Of a stretch of DNA of 64,000 bases, positions 19,111-27,912 are shown piece by piece. The stretch is from a virus: the IMG/VR virus record IMGVR_UViG_3300043177_000268, positions 59,478 through 123,477 of that record; one strand, 5' to 3'. Position 1 is the first letter of the stretch; each line of letters begins with the position of its first letter. Under the pieces are notes generated by a model, which saw only the letters and a list, made by a program, of their open reading frames with translations, had not been told where the DNA came from and made no database searches. The position numbers and the translations under genes are program-made.

Positions 19111-20320
19111 TTTTATCTCCTGCTGCGCGAATAATGTCCACACCGGCATCTATCAACATTTTGCGCATCTCTTCATCATCAACTGAATTCTCAAGGTACA
19201 TCCTCAATGCTTGCACATGTGAAATATCCTCGGTAATTCTATCATCTCTAGATTGCCTAGATGTTATTATCTCAGGTTTAATTTCCGCACAGAAGTGCGC
19301 TCCATATACATCTCTCAGATGAGATGCGATCGTGCGCGCATCTAGGAATTGTTCATCTTCGGCGCATATACGTATTGTCGTGCGCACTATGCTGCTCGAG
19401 AGGCTATGTGTTTTAGCATAAGCGGCTATGTCGATCTTGATCCTATCCATCAGCTGCTCGCCCACAACCATGGATGCATAATCCAACGTTAGGTCCCACA
19501 TGTCACGGCATGGCTCTCTGTAGTATTCGACATTGGCAGTTTCAAGATCAATTATAGCATAGAGTTTATCGTGGTCTTCAAACCCACCCCTCTTTTCCAT
19601 TGAGCCGATATACGCTATGTAGGGGTTCTCGCTAATGACACCTGGCTTATGTATATGCCCCATCAAAGTGACATTTATGCCGGAAAACATGCTGCACGGC
19701 AAGGTTAATTGATTCTCGCCATATAAATCCTTATACGCTTCATCGACAAATGTGCCTTCTATAGTCATGTGCCCCACTAAAATTGTGGGCAAGATGTTGT
19801 TGCGTACGGACATCAGGGCGTCTAACTCAGATTTGATGGCTTGCACGGCATCGGCATGCGTCTCCTGCTCCATCCACAGTCGATCTCGGTAGGGCATGAG
19901 AATGAGGTTTGCTACTGGCTTGCCGAACCACTCTATAGTTTGCAGAGACAGATCATCATATACGCGTATATTTGGTAGGTTAAGTTCCTTCAGGTAAGAT
20001 ATGGTCGTTGTAGCGTGAATACGCTGTTGATCGTGATTTCCTATTACAATATGTATGCGCTCTATCCCTTTAGACAAAGCGCGGTGTAGACTCTGAGAGA
20101 AGATTTTTTGTTGAACAATAGATGGGAACCTATGTTCAAAGATATCTCCTGTGAATACAATCTCTGAAACGCCCGCCGCAACCATCTCATCAATTGTAAT
20201 ATCTAAAGTCTCTGCATAATCAATAAGGCGCGTATTGACATTTAGCGAAGGGTGCTGCTTTCCTGCCCACTGGTTGGCTCCTAAGTGCACATCTCCGATA
20301 ACACCGATTTTAATACTCAT
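19097..20320 (-). CDS. sbcD: SbcD/Mre11/gp47-like nuclease
   Basis: Metallophosphoesterase motifs GDVHLG, TGDIF, GNHD, GHIH; adjacent to sbcC. Confidence 0.92.
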   Translation of the reverse strand: MSIKIGVIGDVHLGANQWAGKQHPSLNVNTRLIDYAETLDITIDEMVAAGVSEIVFTGDIFEHRFPSIVQQKIFSQSLHRALSKGIERIHIVIGNHDQQRIHATTTISYLKELNLPNIRVYDDLSLQTIEWFGKPVANLILMPYRDRLWMEQETHADAVQAIKSELDALMSVRNNILPTILVGHMTIEGTFVDEAYKDLYGENQLTLPCSMFSGINVTLMGHIHKPGVISENPYIAYIGSMEKRGGFEDHDKLYAIIDLETANVEYYREPCRDMWDLTLDYASMVVGEQLMDRIKIDIAAYAKTHSLSSSIVRTTIRICAEDEQFLDARTIASHLRDVYGAHFCAEIKPEIITSRQSRDDRITEDISHVQALRMYLENSVDDEEMRKMLIDAGVDIIRAAGDKSASH

Positions 20321-20892
20321 ACTTTTCTACGCTCCAGCTCCATCATTATTTGAAGGGAGAAGTTTCTGGCTTGCTCGCCGTCTTCATCGGTTAATTTTGC
20401 GAACCGCTCGTCTATTCTCTTAAATATGCTTTCCGCCCAGGCGCACTCTTCCTTGAATGCCAGTGTGTCATTTAGCGAAGCTAGATACTCCCTAATCGCC
20501 ACACTCATTTGAAAATTAATCTCATGTATATTTATCTTAGGCCTTGTTGCTGCAGCGTCTGATAGGTCTATGGATATGTTCTTTGATTTTTTATACCTCA
20601 TGGCGACTACATCGCCAGGAGAGCCCCTAATCATACCAATAAAATCAAAAATATCCCCTCGCGCCGAGCAGCCGTAACAGAAAAATGTCTTATCTGTGTC
20701 TGATAAATGTAACGATGGAGTTCGCTCTTGTCCGTTTTTATGGAACGGGCAGGTGCACTTATGAGTCCAAGAGGCTGAGCTAACCGACTCGACCCTATTT
20801 GAATATTTGTTTGCTACAGCTTCGAACGACAGAGATTTAGCTAGCTGCTTACGCAGTGCCTTGCTCTCATCTGTCGTCAGCCATGCAATCAT
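20317..20892 (-). CDS. stand-alone CHC2 zinc-finger protein (DnaG primase zinc-binding domain)
   Basis: CPFHKNGQERTPSL...FFCYGCSARGDIFDF; no TOPRIM domain. Confidence 0.8.
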   Translation of the reverse strand: MIAWLTTDESKALRKQLAKSLSFEAVANKYSNRVESVSSASWTHKCTCPFHKNGQERTPSLHLSDTDKTFFCYGCSARGDIFDFIGMIRGSPGDVVAMRYKKSKNISIDLSDAAATRPKINIHEINFQMSVAIREYLASLNDTLAFKEECAWAESIFKRIDERFAKLTDEDGEQARNFSLQIMMELERRKV

Positions 20893-21311
20893 TTTTCAAT
20901 ATCCACCTTTGCGGCGACAGCTTTAAGCCTTTTGTTTAGTACAGCATTTTGAAATTTAAGATCATTGATTTCATCTTTTAGCAGAAGATTTGAGTGTAGT
21001 GCGGTAATACAAAGGGTCATCAGTCCTTCGCCAGCATTGACAAATTCAAGTTGACCTGCCAAATCATGCATATCAACTATAATTTTGTGGCGAGTGCGAT
21101 TTTCATCAGTTGAGCGGTTAGCAGCCAGCTGAGTCTTTTGCAGCAATTCTTTGTACTCAAGTACGGCCGTCTGGAGTGCCGTGCGCGCCTTCTCTAACCG
21201 CTCCTTCAACTCAGCTTCATTGATTTGAGGCTTGGGCGGTGATGGGGGGCTCTCCTGAGTTTGTTGGCGTGGCGTCAGTTTCGGTGGCGGCAGACGCGGG
21301 GCTTTTGGCAT
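20889..21311 (-). CDS. hypothetical coiled-coil protein
   Basis: Pro-rich N-terminus followed by helical heptads. Confidence 0.6.
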   Translation of the reverse strand: MPKAPRLPPPKLTPRQQTQESPPSPPKPQINEAELKERLEKARTALQTAVLEYKELLQKTQLAANRSTDENRTRHKIIVDMHDLAGQLEFVNAGEGLMTLCITALHSNLLLKDEINDLKFQNAVLNKRLKAVAAKVDIEK

Positions 21312-21795
21312 AGATCTCCTCCGTCAAATTCAATAGGTTTTCTAAAGAGCTGTTGTGTACTGTACATTTAGCACATTTCTTATGCTGTGTAATGAATAAT
21401 CTAGAATAACATACTGTATCCGATGTCCAAAAATCAAGCTTTTCACAATATTTGGGCTTATCCATTTCTTGATTAGCTACATTTAGTACTTTTAGTACTG
21501 GAAGCGTCAGCTTTTGGCATAGCGCATCTTTTATGGACTTGAGTTCTCGGGCAGCGCGGCGGATGGCGCGTTTTTTGCGCTTCTCTTCAAGCTCTCGTTG
21601 CTTTCTCAAGATATCAGGATGTAATTCCCCGGAAGATGTAAAATACCCTTTCTTGTGCTTAGCAAAGCAGGCTGAGCACCACCCGTCGACTACCATACCA
21701 TTACGACCGCATTTGGTTTTACAAAGCGGCGGGGGTGTTTGGACTTTTTGCTTGGGGTCGGTCTCAAATCGTATTTTCGATTTTTTTGCTGCCAT
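21217..21795 (-). CDS. Cys-rich hypothetical protein with A20-like zinc finger
   Basis: LCKTKCGRNGMVVDGWCSACF plus a second Cys cluster. Confidence 0.55.
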   Translation of the reverse strand: MAAKKSKIRFETDPKQKVQTPPPLCKTKCGRNGMVVDGWCSACFAKHKKGYFTSSGELHPDILRKQRELEEKRKKRAIRRAARELKSIKDALCQKLTLPVLKVLNVANQEMDKPKYCEKLDFWTSDTVCYSRLFITQHKKCAKCTVHNSSLENLLNLTEEIYAKSPASAATETDATPTNSGEPPITAQASNQ

Positions 21796-21796
21796 A

Positions 21797-22624
21797 CTAT
21801 CTCATCAATTTATATTCTGTTTTCAGAACTGAGATGTCCTTTCTTGAGTGTCTCTGGTGATTTTTAAGCCACGACGAGAGCAACAGCCCTCCGACCGTGC
21901 CAGCGAGTACCGTGCCCCAGCCAGAGTCGGACTGCTCGTTTTTATCTGAGTGATCTAATTCTTCCGACAATTCAATTGCAACAGGTGGCTTACCGCGCAC
22001 AACTTCATGCATGCCGTCACTGTAGACATAGATTATGAACAGCGGGGAGTCATTTTCATATAATCCGATTTGACGAACCTGCCCATTTTCCCACAAGACA
22101 TGCGCCCCATTCCATTCACGAGTATCCTTATTGCGGCATATGAGCTCTGTGTGATGTGGGGTATCATCTCTATTTATGAGGAACCATTCGCGAGAGTCGA
22201 AGCCATTTTGGTGAATCTGGTTTGTAGAGGATATGAGTGCCGACATGACGTAATCTGAAAATGGATTATTGAGAACGGAATTGTGTATCCGCATGTGCGG
22301 AGGCCACTGAATGCTGGCGACCCTATCGGCCAACTCGCATATCCCATCACCCATTCTTTCTAAAATTTCAGGCGATGTCAAGATATCCGGATACTCTGAC
22401 ATTAGTCGCTCGCCTATTAGGCCATATTCCATGGCAATGCGCAGCAGATCGTCCACCAAATCCTTGCCGTTTGGAAGCTCAAAATATGGCCTGCACAGCT
22501 CTATCACATGCTGTATTTCTAAGTATTTGCCATATATGTCAAAGAATGAATCTATGACTGCCGATTCATTTGTCTCGCTCACATGTACTCCACATCTGTC
22601 TCGACATAGAAATATAGGCCGCAC
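21797..22624 (-). CDS. hypothetical protein with MORN-variant-like repeat and C-terminal hydrophobic helix
   Basis: WNGAHVLWENGQVRQIGLYEND; GWGTVLAGTVGGLLLSSWL. Confidence 0.55.
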   Translation of the reverse strand: MRPIFLCRDRCGVHVSETNESAVIDSFFDIYGKYLEIQHVIELCRPYFELPNGKDLVDDLLRIAMEYGLIGERLMSEYPDILTSPEILERMGDGICELADRVASIQWPPHMRIHNSVLNNPFSDYVMSALISSTNQIHQNGFDSREWFLINRDDTPHHTELICRNKDTREWNGAHVLWENGQVRQIGLYENDSPLFIIYVYSDGMHEVVRGKPPVAIELSEELDHSDKNEQSDSGWGTVLAGTVGGLLLSSWLKNHQRHSRKDISVLKTEYKLMR

Positions 22625-22896
22625 GGCTTGTGCATGACCCTGTAGTCGTATAACAGCTTTTTAATATGCTCCGGTACCAGATCATTTTTTATTATGTACT
22701 CAAGAAGATTGTTGACTGCATTATTGTCTTGAATTACCTGCTCAAATATTTTGAAGTGACTATCCAAATGATTTAGTATATCTCTCGAGTCTGGCCCGAG
22801 ACGGGAAAGATCTAGAATTTTATTCTTAGTGCCCTTGCATATCGAGAAGCCAAACTTCCTGCAGCCATGGCACCCGAGCATGAGCCCACCGTGCAT
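22579..22896 (-). CDS. hypothetical protein
   Basis: Co-oriented ORF with CxxC and distal H/C residues. Confidence 0.5.
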   Translation of the reverse strand: MHGGLMLGCHGCRKFGFSICKGTKNKILDLSRLGPDSRDILNHLDSHFKIFEQVIQDNNAVNNLLEYIIKNDLVPEHIKKLLYDYRVMHKPCGLYFYVETDVEYM

Positions 22897-22904
22897 CTGT
22901 TCTC

Positions 22905-23396
22905 CTATTGGGATGCCAGAAAATCTTCAAAAGCATACGCTAGGCGCTCATCCAGATCCCTATCTGAGATACCGCTGCGGTAGTTGAGGAGGTGAGCTAT
23001 TTCATGCGCAAGAACGCCATCCCGTTTCCGGATAGAGTCCATGACAACGTATACTCTACGATCGCCCGGATAATACCTTCCTAGCACATCCTTATTTCTT
23101 GTTAGCCCAAATGGCAACGAACCATCATTCATCACAGTATGCGTTACTATAGCAACATCTATTCTGTCTAGGACGGCAGGCCTGTGCAAGTTTAAGAAGC
23201 GCGCATGATTCTCCGGTACTGCATTCACGGTGCGTTGTACAAATTGCAAATCGCCTTTCGTCAGAGGCTGATATGCACAAATGCGTATATCGGTCTGAGT
23301 GACAAGCCTATATTTAAAAGTGCAGTCGATCTCTACCTGCGCGGTAGCGGTTTGTGCAAAAAGCAGTGCGAAAAGGATAGCTATGAACCTTATCAT
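22905..23396 (-). CDS. secreted zincin-like metallopeptidase
   Basis: Signal peptide MIRFIAILFALLFAQTATA; HEXXH motif LAHEIAHLL. Confidence 0.65.
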   Translation of the reverse strand: MIRFIAILFALLFAQTATAQVEIDCTFKYRLVTQTDIRICAYQPLTKGDLQFVQRTVNAVPENHARFLNLHRPAVLDRIDVAIVTHTVMNDGSLPFGLTRNKDVLGRYYPGDRRVYVVMDSIRKRDGVLAHEIAHLLNYRSGISDRDLDERLAYAFEDFLASQ

Positions 23397-23980
23397 TTCC
23401 TTCTTCTCTTCCTAATTTTAGTCAGCGGTGTTGTTGAAGATAGTATCTCGTCGACTATTCCGTACTCTAGCGCCTCCTGGGCTGTAAGGTACTTATCTGA
23501 TTTAAGATCCATCTCGAGCTGCTTTACTGGTTTGCCTGTATATTTTGAATATAGCTTGTACATTGTATCCTGTAGAGCTTTCGTGTGCTTTACTTCGATG
23601 GATAAGTCCGATACCGTTCCGTACACTTCGGTATTGACCTGGTGCATCATAATCGATGTATTTTCCGCTATTGAGCGCCGATCTCCTGCCGCAAGCAGGA
23701 GCACCCCGGCGCTCATCACCTTACCAATGCCTATTGTATGCAGGGGGCATTTTACCAATCTCATTGCATCGTACATGGCATTCATCTCATACATATCTCC
23801 GCCGTAAGTGGAGATATATATAGTGATGTGTTCTGTGGGGCTTTGAGCCGACAGCAGTACTAGATATTTGATGAATTGCTGAGCTTTACGCTCATCAATC
23901 TCTCCTGTGAGCATTATTATTCGCTGCTCCTCTATACATGTTACTTCTATATCATCCGTGTATTCCTCTGTATCTGCCAT
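23393..23980 (-). CDS. clpP: ATP-dependent Clp protease proteolytic subunit
   Basis: IYISTYGG; catalytic Ser (VMSAG), His (IMMHQ), Asp (DKYLTAQEALEYGIVD). Confidence 0.93.
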   Translation of the reverse strand: MADTEEYTDDIEVTCIEEQRIIMLTGEIDERKAQQFIKYLVLLSAQSPTEHITIYISTYGGDMYEMNAMYDAMRLVKCPLHTIGIGKVMSAGVLLLAAGDRRSIAENTSIMMHQVNTEVYGTVSDLSIEVKHTKALQDTMYKLYSKYTGKPVKQLEMDLKSDKYLTAQEALEYGIVDEILSSTTPLTKIRKRRRK

Positions 23981-24034
23981 GTCAATCTCCCATGTCTGCG
24001 GCTACCATGGGGCGAATCTTACTGTGCCCTCATT

Positions 24035-24060
24035 GAAAAGCAGGCAGGATTCCTGCCTGC
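24035..24060 (-). terminator. rho-independent terminator after rpsU
   Basis: GCAGGCAGGA-T-TCCTGCCTGC palindrome at 24040-24060, followed by TTTT on the minus strand. Confidence 0.75.
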
Positions 24061-24065
24061 CGCTA

Positions 24066-24470
24066 TCATTGTCCTTGCGACTCACCCTGAGGTGCGCGGC
24101 GAGGGGTATATGGACGGAATTTCACTTTCTTAGAATCGAAGTCCATCATCATCTCTAGCTTTGCTTGGCGCTTGCGGGCATTTTTAATCGCCTTCATATG
24201 CCTCTCGCGGCGCTTCTGGCTCTTGCTCTTAAAATGCTCTCTTTTCTTTATCTCAGACAAAACACCGGAGGCTTCGACTACACGCTTGAAGCGCCGGATA
24301 AGACGCTCGTTGTCCTCACCAGGTTCCGCCTTGACAGTCCTAAAAGTGAAGGAATTCAGCAAATCTTGTGAATTATCTACCCGTGGATCAAATTTGCCTA
24401 GTGGGCGATGCTGTGGGGGCCTGCGATTCTGATATGGGCGGTTAGACTCCCAATTATTAAACTTTCTCAT
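24066..24470 (-). CDS. rpsU: ribosomal protein bS21 with N- and C-terminal extensions
   Basis: VKAEPGEDNERLIRRFKR...GVLSEIKKREHFKSKSQKRR core. Confidence 0.85.
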   Translation of the reverse strand: MRKFNNWESNRPYQNRRPPQHRPLGKFDPRVDNSQDLLNSFTFRTVKAEPGEDNERLIRRFKRVVEASGVLSEIKKREHFKSKSQKRRERHMKAIKNARKRQAKLEMMMDFDSKKVKFRPYTPRRAPQGESQGQ

Positions 24471-25066
24471 TCTTCCTCCGTTCTGCCGCCTAAATATTGG
24501 GTGGCAGATTTTGAATTCATTATGAACACTGCTACGGCAGCTAGTGTATGGCTGTCAGTGATGTCCATAGATAATATCTTTTTATGTAGCTCTACGGCTG
24601 TTACCTCTTCGACCTTGAGTTCGGATAACTCCTCTTCAGGATCAAGATTTTGATTTGGTGTAGTGTCTGTATCAACAACGGCCAGGCAAATAGCCGTTGT
24701 ACCGTTACTGCCCCCGGGGTTCGAGTACATACTGTACAGTAATTTGACTTCCTTAGCTAAGTACCCAGTTTCTTGCTTCAATTCTCTTAGAGCAGCATCT
24801 AGAATAGCCTCGCCCGGCTCCCGGCGACCTGCCGGAAATTCTAAATCATATGAGCCTACAGGGTACCTATATTGGCGCACCATGAGGTATGTGTGGGAGT
24901 CTGGATTCAGGCCGGGTTTAACCGGTATTACAACTACAGTTCCTGGGCTATCCGCGTGAAAATAGTCTGTAACTACCCCGTTAGGCATTTCCACCTCGGC
25001 CTTCACGATGGTCAGGTGCTTTGTCTTTAGCGCCACCTCTTTACTTACCGTCTTCCATTTTTTCAT
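24467..25066 (-). CDS. NUDIX hydrolase (ADP-ribose pyrophosphatase-like)
   Basis: VRQYRYP...EFPAG; Nudix box GRREPGEAILDAALRELKQETG. Confidence 0.88.
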   Translation of the reverse strand: MKKWKTVSKEVALKTKHLTIVKAEVEMPNGVVTDYFHADSPGTVVVIPVKPGLNPDSHTYLMVRQYRYPVGSYDLEFPAGRREPGEAILDAALRELKQETGYLAKEVKLLYSMYSNPGGSNGTTAICLAVVDTDTTPNQNLDPEEELSELKVEEVTAVELHKKILSMDITDSHTLAAVAVFIMNSKSATQYLGGRTEEE

Positions 25067-25340
25067 GTTCTTCTCTCAGGAAAGCAACGTATGCCTTACA
25101 TATGTGTATCATGCTATTGATACGTCTGGCTAGACCCTGTCCATAAGCAAAATGTAGCTCATCTTTGTGAATGTACTGCAGCTGTAGGATCTTGTTAATG
25201 TGATGTTTTGATGGAAAGTCCACTGTTGCCCAGTATCCCACATCAAGCTGATGCCTGCACACTGCACGAAAATCATCTATAATCTTAATTGAATCATCAA
25301 TACTCTTCTTCGATGGAAGTTTTGACTTCCTGTCCTTCAT
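25041..25340 (-). CDS. hypothetical protein
   Basis: Co-oriented ORF with GAGG RBS. Confidence 0.55.
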   Translation of the reverse strand: MKDRKSKLPSKKSIDDSIKIIDDFRAVCRHQLDVGYWATVDFPSKHHINKILQLQYIHKDELHFAYGQGLARRINSMIHICKAYVAFLREEHEKMEDGK

Positions 25341-25361
25341 ATTACCCTCTTTTGAGGCATC

Positions 25362-26399
25362 TTAACGTCGTAGAATGTGCGGAGTAGCCTCTACTGCCGA
25401 CGAATGCGACACTTCGACAAATACTGCATTCTTATTCAGCTCAGCTACACTTCTCGCTCCATTGTATGAGCACCCTGTCGATACGCCATTTATCATGTCT
25501 GCTATAACAGCAGCTAGGGGACCCTTATACGGAATCATGGTTGACACACCCTCGTTGGATGAGTGAAATCCTCGCCAATCTACCTGGGCCTCTTTGGAGG
25601 CCATGCCTCGATATGTTTTCATTAGCCCGCGTTCAGTTTCTATAAGCTCTCCGGGCGCCTCATCTGTGCCGGCAAACATAGAGCCCATCATTACGAAGTG
25701 AGCGCCGGCAGCCAGAGCTTTTACAATGTCGCCGAACTCCCTAATGCCGCCATCAGAAATAATCTGAGCGGGGCGTGTCGTTTTGGCTACATCAAATATA
25801 TTCTGCAGCATTGGATATCCGCATCCCGTCTGCACTCTAGTAGAGCAGATTGATCCGCTGCCCACACCAAGTCTGATACTGTCCGCGCCCCAGTCGCTCA
25901 GATCGTCAAAACCCTCAAGCGTAGCCACATTTCCTGCCATAATATGGGTGGTTGGAAAAATGTCTCGTAGCTTTGTTAGAGCTTTTCTCATCAGCTCATG
26001 GTGACCATGTGCGATATCCACACATATCAGACTCGCTCCGGCCTCTACTACCGCTTGGGCACGTTCAACGTAATCGCCGTTCACACCCACGGCTGCTCCA
26101 ACAATAGCACCATCCGCCATAGATCGTGTCTGCTTTAATAAATTTACCTGCTCGGATATTGAATTGTACCTGTGCAGGATTCCCATGCCACCGCGCAATT
26201 TATGCATAGCGGCGCACATTTCTGGACCCGACACCGTATCCATAGGAGAAGCTATGAATGGTGTTGGTAATCTGATATTTGTATTTTTGAGTGGCACAGA
26301 TAGATCTATATCAGTCTTCCGAGACTCTATATCGGATTTCTGAGGGACTAAATGCACATCTCCGAAAGTAAGCGCCTTGTGTGGCAGGAGTCTAGCCAT
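25362..26399 (-). CDS. guaB: IMP dehydrogenase / GMP reductase family (no CBS domains)
   Basis: SPMDTV, DIAHGH, GNVAT, GVGSGSICSTR (catalytic Cys), SDGGI, YRGMAS. IMPDH versus GMPR is not resolved. Confidence 0.85.
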   Translation of the reverse strand: MARLLPHKALTFGDVHLVPQKSDIESRKTDIDLSVPLKNTNIRLPTPFIASPMDTVSGPEMCAAMHKLRGGMGILHRYNSISEQVNLLKQTRSMADGAIVGAAVGVNGDYVERAQAVVEAGASLICVDIAHGHHELMRKALTKLRDIFPTTHIMAGNVATLEGFDDLSDWGADSIRLGVGSGSICSTRVQTGCGYPMLQNIFDVAKTTRPAQIISDGGIREFGDIVKALAAGAHFVMMGSMFAGTDEAPGELIETERGLMKTYRGMASKEAQVDWRGFHSSNEGVSTMIPYKGPLAAVIADMINGVSTGCSYNGARSVAELNKNAVFVEVSHSSAVEATPHILRR

Positions 26400-26408
26400 G
26401 TTCTTTTC

Positions 26409-26846
26409 TCAGCCTTGCTGGGCATCTACAACCTTACCCGTGGCATCAATGGTAAGTGAAATTCTACCCGGCTTGTAATCTTGCGTTACAGTGGCGCCGA
26501 TCGGCGCTACACGGAACTCCGCTATTTTCTTGTCATTCACTAACTTTGTTAGCAACTCAACTGCATCATCTTTCATTTTATCCATTAAACCATCCAGCGT
26601 ATCTCTCATTGAGAAATCAGGTGTGGCAACAACATGCTTACTAGGATCAAATTGTATTTCTTTCATATCGCTTTTAGCCTCATCTTTAATTATCTTGGAG
26701 TCCCAATCTGCGGGATTTTGTGAATCTATTCTTCTGAATACTTTACCTGACATGGAATTCTCCTCAGAAAGTAGGGGTGGGGGCGTGGGGATAGACGACG
26801 GCTTTTTAAGTCGCGCCCACAACCCCTTTAATGATTTCAGCAGCAT
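26409..26846 (-). CDS. protein with C-terminal peptidase inhibitor I78/potato-inhibitor-like domain
   Basis: FRVAPIGATVTQDYKPGRISLTIDATGKVVDAQQG matches the vTxDyrpxRlxxxvD...G pattern. Confidence 0.7.
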   Translation of the reverse strand: MLLKSLKGLWARLKKPSSIPTPPPLLSEENSMSGKVFRRIDSQNPADWDSKIIKDEAKSDMKEIQFDPSKHVVATPDFSMRDTLDGLMDKMKDDAVELLTKLVNDKKIAEFRVAPIGATVTQDYKPGRISLTIDATGKVVDAQQG

Positions 26847-27912
26847 CTATAATCTCCTGCCATGTTGTTTTTGGGCTAATCGAAACCCTTATTGAGCCAG
26901 AGAGACGTGGCGACAATTCCCCATACATAGCTGCCAGAGTATAGCTGTGCGTCGACATACCTGATTCACAGGCGCTCATGCCAGATACCATCACGCCAGC
27001 CACTGATAGCTGTTCTACAAATAATTGTACATCCTTAACTTTTGGAAAATATAGATTTGTAGTATTGGGCAGTCTCTTGGCTCCAGCCCCATTTACCAGA
27101 GCAACATCTCCCAATATTCGCTCAAGCTCTGCAATTTGCAATTGCATTTGCGCCGAAATGTGCGGAGATAAATTACTCATCTCTGTCACTGCCAATCCAA
27201 GACTGTATATAGCTTCGGTATTTATCGTGCCAGGTCGCAAACCCCACTGCTGCGCCCCTCCCAACATTAGCGGATAAAGTTGAGGAAAGATATTGTCCTT
27301 GAAGGCCAGTGCGCCAACACCCTTCATGGCGTGCATTTTATGACCAGAAATAACAATTGTACTAGCGCAATTCCGCTGTATTTCAGATAGGCTCCCGCCT
27401 TTTGCATAGCATTGCGATGCGTCAATGTGAAGCTTTATTCCTTTCGCCCGGCAAAGCTCGGCAATGGAACAGTCCGGATCAAGATGAATTCCGGTTTCAT
27501 TATTGGCATACATACAGGCCAGTACAATATTGGGGGCGTGCTTGCATCCGGATATTTTTTTAGCCAGCGTATCGTAGCATAGGTAACCTTCCGGAGTCAC
27601 CGGCAGGATCTCATCCGCGTATTTAAGGACTGACTTGTGCTCGACTGCTGAAGACCAGATGGTGTGCCCTGACTTTCTGTATGAGGACAGCGCCATGGCA
27701 TTTGCTTCTGTAGCGCCGCTCGTAAACAATACATTGTTTGTTCTGGTACCCAGAAGTGTCGCAACAATCTCGCGGCTCCCATCAATAATCTTCTTAGAAG
27801 CGGCGCCTGCCGCATGTTGCGAGTCGGCATTTCCTAGAAATATTTCATCGGATAGCTGCTCGTATACATGCGGCAGGACATATGTGGCCGAATTATGATC
27901 TAAGTATATCAT
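26806..27912 (-). CDS. iscS: cysteine desulfurase (IscS/NifS family)
   Basis: MIYLDHNSAT, FTSGATEAN, ANNETG, PLP lysine SGHK, catalytic Cys in SACESG. Confidence 0.92.
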   Translation of the reverse strand: MIYLDHNSATYVLPHVYEQLSDEIFLGNADSQHAAGAASKKIIDGSREIVATLLGTRTNNVLFTSGATEANAMALSSYRKSGHTIWSSAVEHKSVLKYADEILPVTPEGYLCYDTLAKKISGCKHAPNIVLACMYANNETGIHLDPDCSIAELCRAKGIKLHIDASQCYAKGGSLSEIQRNCASTIVISGHKMHAMKGVGALAFKDNIFPQLYPLMLGGAQQWGLRPGTINTEAIYSLGLAVTEMSNLSPHISAQMQLQIAELERILGDVALVNGAGAKRLPNTTNLYFPKVKDVQLFVEQLSVAGVMVSGMSACESGMSTHSYTLAAMYGELSPRLSGSIRVSISPKTTWQEIIDAAEIIKGVVGAT

